Source: Piromyces finnis finn (taxonomy: Eukaryota > Fungi > Neocallimastigomycota). Taken from it: DNA of 64,000 nt. The stretch is taken from assembly GCA_002104945.1 (NCBI GenBank), contig MCFH01000032.1:496001-560000 (forward strand). Direction: 5' to 3'. The position numbers and the translations under genes are program-made. The notes under the pieces were generated by a model. The model had not been told where the DNA came from. It did no database searches and saw only the letters and a list, made by a program, of their open reading frames with translations. Below are positions 37,906-49,485 of the stretch, piece after piece; within the stretch, counting starts at the first letter, position 1; every line of letters begins with the position of its first letter.

Positions 37906-39111
37906 TGATACGCTACTCATATAAAAACATGATAAAAACTAGCTGAATAAACACGACTTAACCCATAGTAACTTATAATAAAAATAAACAATAATAACCC
38001 TTAAAGATGAATGAATAATAATTTTATGAAAATATAACCCTTTCTTTAAATAAATAATATTATCTTTATTATATAATAAATTCTGAGTAAAAACGACCTA
38101 ATAGTGATAATAATAAAATAAATTATTAAATAAAATAAATTATTAAATAAAATAAATTATTAAATAAAATAAATTATTAAATAAAATAAATTATTAAATA
38201 AAATAAATTATTAAATAAAATAAATTATTAAATAAAATAAATTATTAAATAAAATAAAACGACTTAATCCAATAATGTACTAAAATAATAAAATAATAAT
38301 AAATAAATAAAAATGAATAAATAAACTAAAAATAAAATGATATACATCAAATTATTAATTCTAGTGTTTATCCAAGTGTTCTTTAGAAATTCTCTTAAAC
38401 TTATAAATTAAAAAAATAACTAATTGAGTAATTATTACTAAAATGATAAACTTAAAACCTGGAAATAGAACAATAATAACAATTCCAAAGATAAAATACA
38501 GAACTCTTTTATGTTTCTGTATAAAATGAGTGTTTATAATAATTGATACTTTTAATATTTTAATTTCATTTTAATTTTATTTTAATATTATTTTAATTTT
38601 AAATTTTAATTATTTTATTCAAGGTATTATACATTTAATGATAGTCAATGATAATTTATAATAATTTTTCTAAATTTAAACATTTTGAAGTAATAAGAAA
38701 ATCAAATAAGTAATATTCTATAATATTTTATAATACTAAGACATAATTTTAATTTATTCTTTTAATTTTAATAAATAATAACAATAGTAATAATAACATT
38801 TAATAGTTAAAAATAATAATACATGTAATAAATGAAAATGTATAAAAGGAAGATAAAATTCTTCTTTATAAAGGGCGGACAATAAATAGAGAATAAAAAG
38901 ACCATAAACAGATAATAAATAAATTATAAAATATAATAAAGATTTAATTTAAAACATAATAAGAGTTTATTTTCGAGTTTTGAGTGATTTATTTGTTAAT
39001 TATAAAACATATTTTATTTTATTTTAAATTTATTGTTTCATCATTATAATATAGAATTTATTATTTATTAAAAACATTATATTATTCACAAATATATCGG
39101 TCAACGCATCA
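37906..39111 (+). mobile_element. Solo LTR, family H (H3), 15 nt upstream of tRNA-Ser
   Basis: TGATACGCTAC...CAACGCATCA; contains eight 17-bp tandem units at 38111-38246; flanks TCTG/TTAA do not match. Confidence 0.9.
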
Positions 39112-39115
39112 TTAA

Positions 39116-39527
39116 TGATACGTGACGAACAGAAAATACTACTTTTGGTAGAAATTCCAGGTTAATTCATATAAGGGTTAAGATAATAATAAATTAATAA
39201 TAACTTTAATTAATAATGAAATTAATTAATATGAAATTAATTAAAAAAAAAAATATTTAATATGTACTAATATAAATATAATTAATAATTAAATAATTAA
39301 AATGATGTTCTTGATTTTGTAATTAAGTTCCAAAGATAATAAGATATAATAAAATGAGAAATTTAGTAGTAGTTTAGTAATATTAATAGTGAATAAGTAG
39401 TATATTTATATAGGAAATATAGTTATTTTAAATATGTATTATTAATAATAAATAAATGTAAAAATACTAATTATAATATATTTTAATAAAGATAAATATT
39501 TAATAATAATAAAAGGCTTATTTTGTT

Positions 39528-39562
<35 letters not shown>

Positions 39563-39709
39563 TAAATAATAATAAATAAGTAAATAAATACATAATAACT
39601 ATATCACATAATTATTAATAACTGGAATATATTATTTCAGCAATATTCCTTATTACCACAACCTCAAAATAAATAATAATATTATGATATTTTATTTTAT
39701 AACGTATCA
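39116..39709. mobile_element. Solo LTR J
   Basis: 8-bp terminal inverted repeat TGATACGT/ACGTATCA; TSD TTAA on both sides. Confidence 0.82.
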
Positions 39710-39714
39710 TTAAT

Positions 39715-40503
39715 TGAAAAATAATGAAATTAATAAATATAAAATTATTATTATACCTGATTTTTAAGTTAACCCTAAAAGTAACTTAAAACAAGTTATA
39801 GTTTAATTAAGCACTTTACCAAAATTCTTAAATAAAATTAATCCTAAACACTGCATATATTTTGATTATTGAAAGAAAATAATAAACTTTAATTAATCGA
39901 GATCAAAATATATAACTTTTGTTAAATTAATTGTTAAATTAAATATTTAATAACTTCGTTAGTAAATTACACTTTAAAAGTAAACAAATATAATAATTCA
40001 TGTTATAAAATAATATAATTAAACACTTTTATTAAGATATTAAAAATAATTATTACTTTAATTAATTATAAAATAAACAACTTTTTATATTCTTTAACTT
40101 TTAATTGTTTCTTTTATTGTTATTTTTAATTACTTTTATTACTTTTATTGTAAATAGTTTTTAATTTTATTATTTTAATGTAAATAGTTTAAACTTAGAA
40201 GAAAATATAAATACATGTAAATATTCTTATTTTAATCATTATTGTTATTATTATTAAAGAAATATTATAGTTTAATTGATATTTTTATAATTTTAATAAT
40301 CACTTTTATAATTAAATGAATAAAACTTTAAATAATTAAATATTAGAAAAACGAGTGTTTCTAATAAAACAATTTTATTAATTTATATAAAAACAATTTT
40401 AAATTCTAATCCATATAACTTATATGGTTATAATCAAAGATATAATATAATAATCACTTTTTGAAGTAAAATTCAAAATTAAGATTATTATCAAATTATA
40501 TCA
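39715..40503. mobile_element. Solo LTR, family I, second copy
   Basis: Reverse complement of 14447-15248. Confidence 0.8.
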
Positions 40504-40507
40504 TTTT

Positions 40508-40951
40508 TGATACGGTAAGATATTATCTTAATTCTATAAATGAATATAGAAAGTGATAATATCTGTATCTAAAATTTAACAAATAGAAATAAAGAAAACA
40601 AAATAAATGATTTTTATACTTGTTCATTTGCAAGTCTTTATTAGTTTAAAATATAAAATTATTTTATTTAATTAAAAAATTTTAATATTTAATAACTCTT
40701 GTATTATTAAATATATATAATTATTAAATATATATTATTATTATTTAATACATCTCGTATGTATATTATTATAATTACAATTAAAGAGTTTATTTTAAGT
40801 TTTAAAGAGATTTATTTGTTAATTATAAAACGTATTTTATTTTAAATTTGTTGTTTCATCTAAATCCTAGAATTTATAATTTATTAAAAATATTATATTG
40901 TTCAAAAATATATCGTCCAACGCACCATAAAATTTTAGTGGAGAATCCGGG
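40508..40951. mobile_element. Part of a family F LTR (minus) fused to an old H-family LTR 3' end (~40775-40927) and a mutated tRNA-Ala PBS (40936-40951)
   Basis: TGATACG.. start aligns to the F terminus; ATATCGTCCAACGCACCA-TAAAATTT-TAGTGGAGAATCCGGG matches the H LTR end and PBS at 12705-12745. Confidence 0.7.
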
Positions 40952-42206
40952 CGTGACAAAAGATATGAAAAAGAATAATATCAATAATAATACTAATAAA
41001 TTCTAAAACATTAAGTGTTTATAAAAAAACAGTTTATTTTATATTTTCTATAATAATAATAATATTCAAAAAAAAATAATTATTATATATATAAAAGGAA
41101 ATATATATATAATATTAAACTATAAAAAAATTTAATATTTCTAAAAAGGGTATTTAAGAAATTCAAGACTAAGTGATTAATATTTAGTCATATATACGTT
41201 ACGTACGTTACACCAGGAAGATAATTTCTATAATTCCTATAATTGTTTTCATTCTTATTATTAATAAGGATAACTTAATCCATTCAGTTAGTTTGTTATA
41301 TTTCTGATCTATCCAGGGGTTCAATGTGATAGTAAAAACTAGGAAAAGAATTAATCCTTCTCTTTTCAGCAGTTAATAATAAGATCATAATTTAAATTAA
41401 ATATATAACTTTTATTTCTTAATTAAGAGAATGAATTAATTCACCAGTGCTTATTTGTAGAGGCAACTGTTGGATGAAAAACTTCTTAGCTTAAGGCTAC
41501 CTACATATTAAACGAAAAATTTATTTCAATATTCTTAATAAAAATTTTTTAATTTAAATTATAACAAAAAAAAAAAAATAGTAAGTATATATTGGTTGTT
41601 GTTATATAATAGACAGGGTTCGGAAAATAGCAATAATTAAAACAATTATTATTTAGAGAGTAAGGCAGGTACATACTCAGCAAGAGGGAGTAGGTATACT
41701 AGACAGCCTTTATTTGATTCTCAAGTAAGAGAGTAGAAAGTTCGGCTAAAAATCCTGAGTAAAGAGCAGAACTTTGGAAGCGAAAATTTATCATTTAAAG
41801 GTGGGGGTTTAGTAGAGATCCGAAAGTCTTTATAGTCACTGTACCTCGGATGTCTATAAATAAATAAATAATTGTAACCATATATATAAATTATTGAAAT
41901 TAAATAGAGTAAAATAAAAATAATAATAATAATAATAAATAAAAAATATTCTTCTAAATTCATAATTCCTTAAGTTATTATTCCTTGATCCTTCAAATTG
42001 AGATAATAATTAAATATTAAATTAATAAATGTATATTCTGTAAAGCTTCTATTATTCTTAAATAATAATAATAATAATAAATAATAAATATCTTCAATAA
42101 AACATATTTCTCTAATTTGATTTTATCCAATATTAAATTTCGTTTTAAAGTTTAAATAATTTATATATTATATATAGAGCAAGTCTGCAGAGATCCTGTA
42201 TAAAAA

Positions 42207-42277
42207 TGCATTGACCGGGAATCGAACCCGGGTCTACCGCGTGGCAGGCGGTAATTATACCACTAAACCATCAATGC
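42207..42277 (-). tRNA. tRNA-Gly-GCC: tRNA-Gly(GCC)
   Basis: GCATTGA acceptor, CT-GCC-AC anticodon loop, GGTTCGATTCC T-arm, 71 nt, T5 terminator. Confidence 0.96.
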
Positions 42278-43883
42278 TCTCAATTGTTTGATTTGTTAAG
42301 GAACCAACAAATAATGTTATTCTTGTCATAATTAATGATTATGACCTAATCCATTCATTATTGTTCCTAAATGTATGAAAACTTTACAATATTCTTATTT
42401 GTAAATTAATGTATACACTTAAATTATATTTAAAATTATTAATAATTATTTTTTATTGAACTTAAATTTTATTTTATTAAACTTAAAAATTAATTTAGTA
42501 ATAATAATATATTGAAAATTATAGTTTATTGAACTTTTAGTTTAATTTATCAAGTTAATGAATTTTTATTAATTAAAATTATGAATAATATTTCTGTAAA
42601 ATAGTAAAATTTTTTAGTTAAATATATTTAAAGTAAACTTTTAATGTATGTTAATCAATTTAATAATATGTATAAATATTCATTATAATAGTAATGTAAT
42701 TTTATTATTCATTTAAAAGTAATTTAAATACTAAAATTAATGTAAATAATTAAAGACTAATTCTTTTAATTAACACTACTTAATTTTTTACAAAAAGTAT
42801 AAAAAGGTGTATATTATAAGAATTAGAAAATATACAGATATTTTTATTTTTATTTTTATTTTATTTTATAATTTTATATTAATATCTTAATAAAACAATT
42901 TTATTAATAAAACAATTTTTCTTATTTCATTTTAATATTATTTTTGAGTATTAATAAATTTATTAATATTTTATAAATAAAAGTAAATTCCTCGAACCGT
43001 AACATAAAAATTGGTGGAGATATCGGGGAATAATATTAATAAAAATTATTAATACATAGGATAAAGTAATATTAAAATATTACTAAAATATTATATAAAT
43101 TTCTTAAAAATTTATTACCCTTCAAAGTTATAGGTAATATTTATATTACTGTTGAAGCTTTAAGGTATAATATTTTAGTAGAACTGAATTAGTACGCTTT
43201 AGAAGCAGTACTTATTTAGGAATTAGTGGTTAAGTTTTTAGGTCTAGTTTATCTTTCACAGTAGGATACTGGAAAGCGCTGAACCTTTCTATTTTGCTAG
43301 AGAAATAGAAGTGCCTCGCATAATTGCTACATGACACTGGTAATACGGTAAGCTGGGCAATTGTGAACTACTTAAGCACCCTAAATAAGTATTGGAAAAT
43401 TGCTGTGAAATGCTGTTCTACTATACTTATTATTGTAATTCAAATTTTTAATAAATTAAATATTATTTTAGTATTTATAATTTTTTTAAAAAAAAAAAAA
43501 AAAATATTTTTTTTTTTAATTGAACGATTTTTAAAAATTATTCTTTTTAAAATATAAATAAATAATTCGAAAGTGACCCTTAGCGTGGCAAGTTAAACTG
43601 CTGTACGTAATACTTTGGTGTTCAATTATATCTGATAATTGGGGAAGATAATCAATTATTTTCTTTCCGCTAATTAAGTTAGTGATAATAAAGAAATTAA
43701 TTACGTTACTTCCTTTTATTAAATTATATTTAATATTAACCATCGGGTATATTTGTGGCTTATCATCAAAGAGCTACGAGGGATTTTCACTTAGAATTAC
43801 ACAACCTATAATACTTGATGGTTTAACATTATATAGGTTGGCCTATATTTTTATAAAAAGAAATAAGTTTTTAAATAATAATT

Positions 43884-43930
<47 letters not shown>

Positions 43931-44028
43931 GATATATATATCTATTCTTTTTGTTGATTCTCTTCGAGTAATTTAATATTGCTAATTGAAATATTCTTTT
44001 CTTACTGTTTTAAGTTAAACAAGTTATA

Positions 44029-44164
44029 TCAGCATAGACAAGCCTTATTAACTAATCAACAGAGGTATACTAGGGGTGGTAGAAAGATCCTGAAGCACGT
44101 GACGGAACTTAGATCGTGTGAATAAGGTGACGGCAACATTTACCATTGGACGAAAGACTCTTAG
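44029..44164 (+). ncRNA. Conserved leader RNA motif (domain 3), copy in C
   Basis: Near-identical to 2057-2194. Confidence 0.75.
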
Positions 44165-44560
44165 TTAATAGTCTATTATATATAATTTGGTCGGTAACTT
44201 GAATCAGTAATAACAATATTAAATTAAAATTCTTGCTAGTAAATTGAAAACAAATAATAATTAACTATAAGAAAAACAGAAAACAAAAGTAATAATTTCA
44301 TCTTTTCTGACTGAACTAAGATAGTAAGGAGTGATACTAAAAATTTAAATAAATAATTGGTAGTACGTGCTGTGCTAGATTATTTGTATCTCATTCTGTC
44401 AAGTGGTCGATAAAGGAATTTCGAGCTTGGTTACAACTAATAAGTGGTCGATAAAGGAATTTCGAACTTATAATTTTTTTTTAGACTATCAAAGGTATTT
44501 TTGAGTCTATACTGTGTCATCTTGTACTGCAATAAATTCGGTCAAGGAAAATACAAGAAA

Positions 44561-45442
44561 ATGAGCAATTCTACTACAAGGATAGATTTCAAGGAGTTGA
44601 AGAAGGAACTCAAGGATATAGAAAAACTTTCCAAAGATAATTTGGACATAAGATCCTGGGCTTCTGAAATAAGTTTATGGATTGAACTTCAAGATATCAC
44701 TAGTGCCAAGAAAATTTACATGGCATGTGTGCTTACTTCTAAGGGTGAACCAAGAAAGGTAATCCAAGAGTTGGAAGATAAAGACAGTGATAGTGAAGAT
44801 GAATATGAAAGTGAAAATGAAGAAGAGAATCAGAAAAATGAATCTAATGAAGAAGATTATCCCTCACTTGGGAAAATTATCAATGCCCTTGAAACATTTT
44901 ATGGGTTAAAAGAAGATCAAAGTATGTTATTACGGGAACTAAGAAGACTACGTATAAGAAGAAATGAATCAGTTAAAGATTTCAATAGAAGATATAGATC
45001 TTTATATTTAAAGTTGGATAAGAAAAAGAAGAAGCAGATTAGTGTGTTAGATTATGCAGATTCTTTACAAAATAATAAAGAAGCATGGAGAAAAGTATCT
45101 TTAAAAGATGATATCACTCTAGAAAAGGCCTTTAAGATAGCTGAGAAGGTAGATAGGTTATCTACTAGAATAGATAATGATGGTAATCTACCAACGACTA
45201 CTGCAATAACCAAAAGTTATAATAATTTTCAACCATACAAGAGAAAAGTTTCTTTTACTGAAGCCAAAAAGCCTAATAAAGATGATGAAATGAATAACCT
45301 AGTCAAGAAAATGAAAAATTTAACTATTAAAGCTTGTTTCTTCTGTAGTGAACCTGGTCATTATCAACAAAATTGCCCAAAACTTCAAGCCATTATTGAA
45401 GGAAACAAGAAGCGTTATTATGATAATCATTTAAATCATTAA
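44561..45442 (+). CDS. gag: Gag of element C
   Basis: ATG at 44561, equivalent to 2546 in A; CCHC knuckle. Confidence 0.94.
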   Translation: MSNSTTRIDFKELKKELKDIEKLSKDNLDIRSWASEISLWIELQDITSAKKIYMACVLTSKGEPRKVIQELEDKDSDSEDEYESENEEENQKNESNEEDYPSLGKIINALETFYGLKEDQSMLLRELRRLRIRRNESVKDFNRRYRSLYLKLDKKKKKQISVLDYADSLQNNKEAWRKVSLKDDITLEKAFKIAEKVDRLSTRIDNDGNLPTTTAITKSYNNFQPYKRKVSFTEAKKPNKDDEMNNLVKKMKNLTIKACFFCSEPGHYQQNCPKLQAIIEGNKKRYYDNHLNH

Positions 45443-45482
45443 GTGGGAGAAGAAGCACTCCCATCGTCAATAAAATAGCTTC
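45430..45482 (+). other. -1 programmed ribosomal frameshift site (T TTA AAT plus H-type pseudoknot)
   Basis: In-frame heptamer at 45430-45436; S1 GTGGGAG/CTCCCAT, S2 GAAGC/GCTTC; identical in A at 3412-3464. Confidence 0.85.
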
Positions 45483-48400
45483 AGCTCAGTATCAGTCAAT
45501 GCCAAGTGAAGAAACAACAAGCCAGAGTGATTGGTCGAAAGAAGAATATGATGAAGAAATCGAAAGTGACTTTGAAGATACTGATATTAATGAACAGTTC
45601 TTTGTATGTGCTAATAAAAGGAAGTTGGATAAAATAAGCAAAGAACAAGATGGTAATAAAGAAAAACGACTTCACAAAAACTTGAAAAATGATCCTAGAC
45701 CTATTCTTACACCTGCTCTTAGGAAACGTAAAGCACAAGAATTAGAAAATATACCAATAGATGTTTCTCCTAAGCAACTGCATCCTTCTATTATTGCTCA
45801 ACCGAATATCAGAGAACAAAAACTAAAAGAAAGAAAACTTCGGGATAAAGAGCGTGCTAGTAGTAGTGAACAAAAGGAAGAAGAAAAGAATGAATTGGCA
45901 AGTTCTAATGAAGATCCTATTATTATCGACTATGATGAAGAAGAAATGTTGTCTGCAATTACAGATAAGAAAGGTGCTAAGGTGGTAGAGAAAGATAACA
46001 CAAGTGAATCAACCAAATCTACTTCTAATTCAACTCTAAATAAATTAATGAAAGAGCAAAAGAAAGAAAAACCTGCAGAATCGAAGGTTAAGAAAACTGC
46101 TAGAAATATTCAAATGATAGCAGATACGGAAGAATATAATGTAGTTAAAGATCTTAACGAAACAAAATGCAATATTACTTTTGGTCAATTACTTAACTCG
46201 GCTCCAAAGTTACGAACGCAAGTGTCACAAGGTCTTAAACTGGAAAAGAACAACACAAAAATTGTGGGAGCTCTGGAGAATTTTAATGCTACTTCGGTAT
46301 TAGTAAATAATGTAGATCATTCGTATGTAAGCAAAAGTAAAGAAGTATCAGAAGAAGATATCGCTATGGTAGATGCAACGGTTGATGGGGTACCAGGTAA
46401 ATTATTAGTTGATTCCTGTAGCAACTTAAGTATTATAACAAAAAAATATTTAGATAAACTTCCCCATCAATATGAATCTATTGGATTGAGTTGTGGAAGA
46501 ATACGTTTAGCTACTAAAAATGATGACTATTCGGAAGGCATAATTATTAGAGTACCGGTCCAGATAAATGATCTTACAATCACTGCTGATTTTAGAGTGG
46601 TGGATAAAGAAGACCCCTTTTATGATATGTTAATTAATTTGAAAACCCAAATGGATAACAACTTATTTATCCACCCACTTCGCTATAGTCTTTGCAGATT
46701 TAATTCAAATGGATTTATTGAAGATATTGCTCCAATTAATAACAAATATGATGATGAAGAAAAGATTATGTGTATGATACGTAGAGTCGGTGATGAAGAT
46801 TTTAAAAGTGATTTGAAAAATATTGAAGGTTTACCACCTTCAGAATATATTCACAATAAAAATTTTACTGAGACTCTTAATGAAAAGTATCGAGAACAAA
46901 TTGTTCGGATATTGGAAGAGAATATTGAAATTATTGCTACTTCTTCTGAAGAACTAACACCTTCGAATTTAACTCCCCATAAGATTAATTTAAAGCCAGG
47001 AGCAAAGCCAATTAAACAAAGATCATATAGGTTAGCCAAGTTCAAATCTGATATACTTAAGGAAGAATTGTCTAAATTGATTAATAAAAAGCTAATTGAG
47101 CCATCGTACTCGGAATGGTCTTCTCCGGTGGTTTTGGTCCCGAAGCATAATGGGAAATGGAGAATGTGCGTGGACTATCGAAGAGTTAATGATTTGTCTG
47201 AAAAGGATGCCTATTCAATTCCTTTTATAGATGAGATATTTGATAGTTTACATGGTGCAACTATATTCACTACTATGGACTTATATTCCGGCTATCATCA
47301 AATCCTTATGGATGAAGAAAGCGTTGAATTGACAAGTTTTACAACTAAGTTTGGAAATTACCAATTCAAGGTTATGCCTTTTGGTCTCACTGGAGCACCC
47401 GCTACATTTCAGAGGGAGATGAATCGGATTCTGTTTCCGTTAATTGGAAAGTGTGTTTATAACTTCATTGATGATATTCTGATCTATTCAAAGAGTATTG
47501 AAGAACATATTGAACATATAAATCAAGTTTTAGCAATTTTCCGGGAAAACAAACTAAAAATCAATATTGAAAAATGTCATTTTATGCAAACTGAAGTTGA
47601 CGTGTTAGGCCATCGTTTAACTACAGAAGGTCTTAAACCATTAGATAACAAAATCCAAGCTATAAAAAATTGGAAACCTCCTTCGAATATCCATGAATTA
47701 AGATCATTCCTAGGTTCAATTGGATATTATAGAGATTTTATTCCTAATTATGCTAAACTTACTGCTCCCTTGTGTAAGCTGCTTAGAAAAGGTGTTCCTT
47801 TCAAATGGTGTAATGAACAACAAGAGAGTTTTATTATATTGAAAGAAAAGTTAATTAATGCGCCTATTCTGAAATTCCCTGATTTTGAGAAAGAATTTAT
47901 AATCCGAACAGATGCATCGTATGAAGGAATCGGAGGAGTATTATTACAAAAGGAAGGCACAGATATTGAACATCCAATTCATTATATTAGCCGAAGTCTG
48001 ACGAAAGCAGAAAAAAATTATGGAATTACTGACTTGGAAGGGACTGCCTTATTTTACTGCATTACTAAATTAAAGCCTTATATAATGGGAAGTCCATTCA
48101 AGACTATCGTCTATACTGATCATAAACCATTAATTGGATTATTTAAAAATAAGGAGCCAAACAATGCAAGACAAACAAGATGGTGTTTAACAGCTAGTAT
48201 GCTAGGAGTTGATATTCGTTATGAACAAGGTAAAAAGAATGTTGTAGCAGATGCACTGTCTCGAATGAGAAATGACAAAGATAAGGAAGTGTTAGCTACT
48301 AAAATTAATAAAGGTATAGAAGAAACCATGCTATCTAAGGTAATTAAAGAATTTGTTGAAGAAAAGTTCACCAAAATAGATGGGGTGGATTACTTTATTG

Positions 48401-49485
48401 ATGGAAGGAATTATCGAAAACTGATCACGGAAACCAATGAAAAGCTGAAATTGATTTTGGAAGCTCATAACATTGGACATGAAGGATATTATAAAACTTA
48501 TCAACGTCTGAGAAAAAGCTATTATTGGAACGACATGGTTAATGATATTCGAAGAGTTGTAGCCAAATGTGAAAAATGCCAACTTAATCGCCCTCAACCA
48601 TATCCAGAACCTACGGAAAATCTTCCAACTGAGGTTGAAGCTCCTTTCACTCATCTGGGTTTAGATATCATTGGTCCATTGGTAAAAACTCGTAACAATA
48701 ACCAATATATTATAGTTGCAGTGGATCATTTCACAAAATGGGTCGAAGCAGAACCCACCGAAAATATCACTTCAAAGGATGTCATAAAATTTTTAATCAA
48801 TGTTTTCTCTCGGCATGGAGTACCACAAGTCATTACAACCGATAACGGTGTCCAATTTACCTCAGATATGACCAAAGTTTTCCTGGACTTATATGATGTC
48901 TATGTCAAGTTTGTCTCAACTTATCATCCTGAAAGTAATGGTTTGACTGAAAATAGAAACAAAGAAATTGGAAAGCTTCTAAGACTGCTTGGAAAAGAAA
49001 ACAAGGATTGGGATGAAATTTTGCCTTCTGCTCTTTGGGCGCTCAGAACTACTAAAAATACTGTCACAAACCATTCTAGTTTTGAATTGGTTTATGGAAG
49101 AGAAGATCAGCAACCCTTTGATATTGCCGCCAGACCTACTAAGGGTATTAATCAGTCTTCGGATGAAATCTTACTTGAGAAGTTTATTAATCATTACAGG
49201 TGGACGTTGGAAGCTTGTGAAAATATTAAAAATGCGAATAAATACTGGGCTACTAGAAGGGAAGAAAAACAAAGTATGACTAAGGGCAAAAATATCCATA
49301 TCGGTGATCTAGTATTAGTTAGAAATTTTAATCGAACGAAGTTAGAGCCTTATTTCGTTGGACCACTCAAAGTTGTCAAGAAACAATTCAATACTGTTAC
49401 TTTAGCTGATATATCCACTGGAATTCAGATGAACCGAAATGTTCATCTTAAGAATATTGTAAAGTTTAACTCTGCTTTTGCGTAA
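45430..49485 (+). CDS. pol: Pol of element C (PR-RT-RNaseH-IN, GPY/F-type C-terminus, no chromodomain), entered by -1 frameshift
   Basis: Frame is open from 45427; motifs LVDSCSNLS, FIDD, TDAS, HHCC, DDE and FVGPLKV. Confidence 0.96.
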   Translation, partial: FKSLSGRRSTPIVNKIASAQYQSMPSEETTSQSDWSKEEYDEEIESDFEDTDINEQFFVCANKRKLDKISKEQDGNKEKRLHKNLKNDPRPILTPALRKRKAQELENIPIDVSPKQLHPSIIAQPNIREQKLKERKLRDKERASSSEQKEEEKNELASSNEDPIIIDYDEEEMLSAITDKKGAKVVEKDNTSESTKSTSNSTLNKLMKEQKKEKPAESKVKKTARNIQMIADTEEYNVVKDLNETKCNITFGQLLNSAPKLRTQVSQGLKLEKNNTKIVGALENFNATSVLVNNVDHSYVSKSKEVSEEDIAMVDATVDGVPGKLLVDSCSNLSIITKKYLDKLPHQYESIGLSCGRIRLATKNDDYSEGIIIRVPVQINDLTITADFRVVDKEDPFYDMLINLKTQMDNNLFIHPLRYSLCRFNSNGFIEDIAPINNKYDDEEKIMCMIRRVGDEDFKSDLKNIEGLPPSEYIHNKNFTETLNEKYREQIVRILEENIEIIATSSEELTPSNLTPHKINLKPGAKPIKQRSYRLAKFKSDILKEELSKLINKKLIEPSYSEWSSPVVLVPKHNGKWRMCVDYRRVNDLSEKDAYSIPFIDEIFDSLHGATIFTTMDLYSGYHQILMDEESVELTSFTTKFGNYQFKVMPFGLTGAPATFQREMNRILFPLIGKCVYNFIDDILIYSKSIEEHIEHINQVLAIFRENKLKINIEKCHFMQTEVDVLGHRLTTEGLKPLDNKIQAIKNWKPPSNIHELRSFLGSIGYYRDFIPNYAKLTAPLCKLLRKGVPFKWCNEQQESFIILKEKLINAPILKFPDFEKEFIIRTDASYEGIGGVLLQKEGTDIEHPIHYISRSLTKAEKNYGITDLEGTALFYCITKLKPYIMGSPFKTIVYTDHKPLIGLFKNKEPNNARQTRWCLTASMLGVDIRYEQGKKNVVADALSRMRNDKDKEVLATKINKGIEETMLSKVIKEFVEEKFTKIDGVDYFIDGRNYRKLITETNEKLKLILEAHNIGHEGYYKTYQRLRKSYYWNDMVNDIRRVVAKCEKCQLNRPQPYPEPTENLPTEVEAPFTHLGLDIIGPLVKTRNNNQYIIVAVDHFTKWVEAEPTENITSKDVIKFLINVFSRHGVPQVITTDNGVQFTSDMTKVFLDLYDVYVKFVSTYHPESNGLTENRNKEIGKLLRLLGKENKDWDEILPSALWALRTTKNTVTNHSSFELVYGREDQQPFDIAARPTKGINQSSDEILLEKFINHYRWTLEACENIKNANKYWATRREEKQSMTKGKNIHIGDLVLVRNFNRTKLEPYFVGPLKVVKKQFNTVTLADISTGIQMNRNVHLKNIVKFNSAFA

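Noticed and set aside
38111-38246. CRISPR-like array
   Set aside because: Contiguous 17-bp AT-only units with no spacers, inside an LTR; no cas genes; eukaryotic context.
45499-45501. ATG as the true pol start
   Set aside because: Not conserved in copy A; the upstream slippery site and pseudoknot explain expression better.
46851-49279. Short antisense or alternate-frame ORFs within pol genes (also in A, D, N and copia)
   Set aside because: Shadow ORFs of long coding frames with no recognisable motifs.
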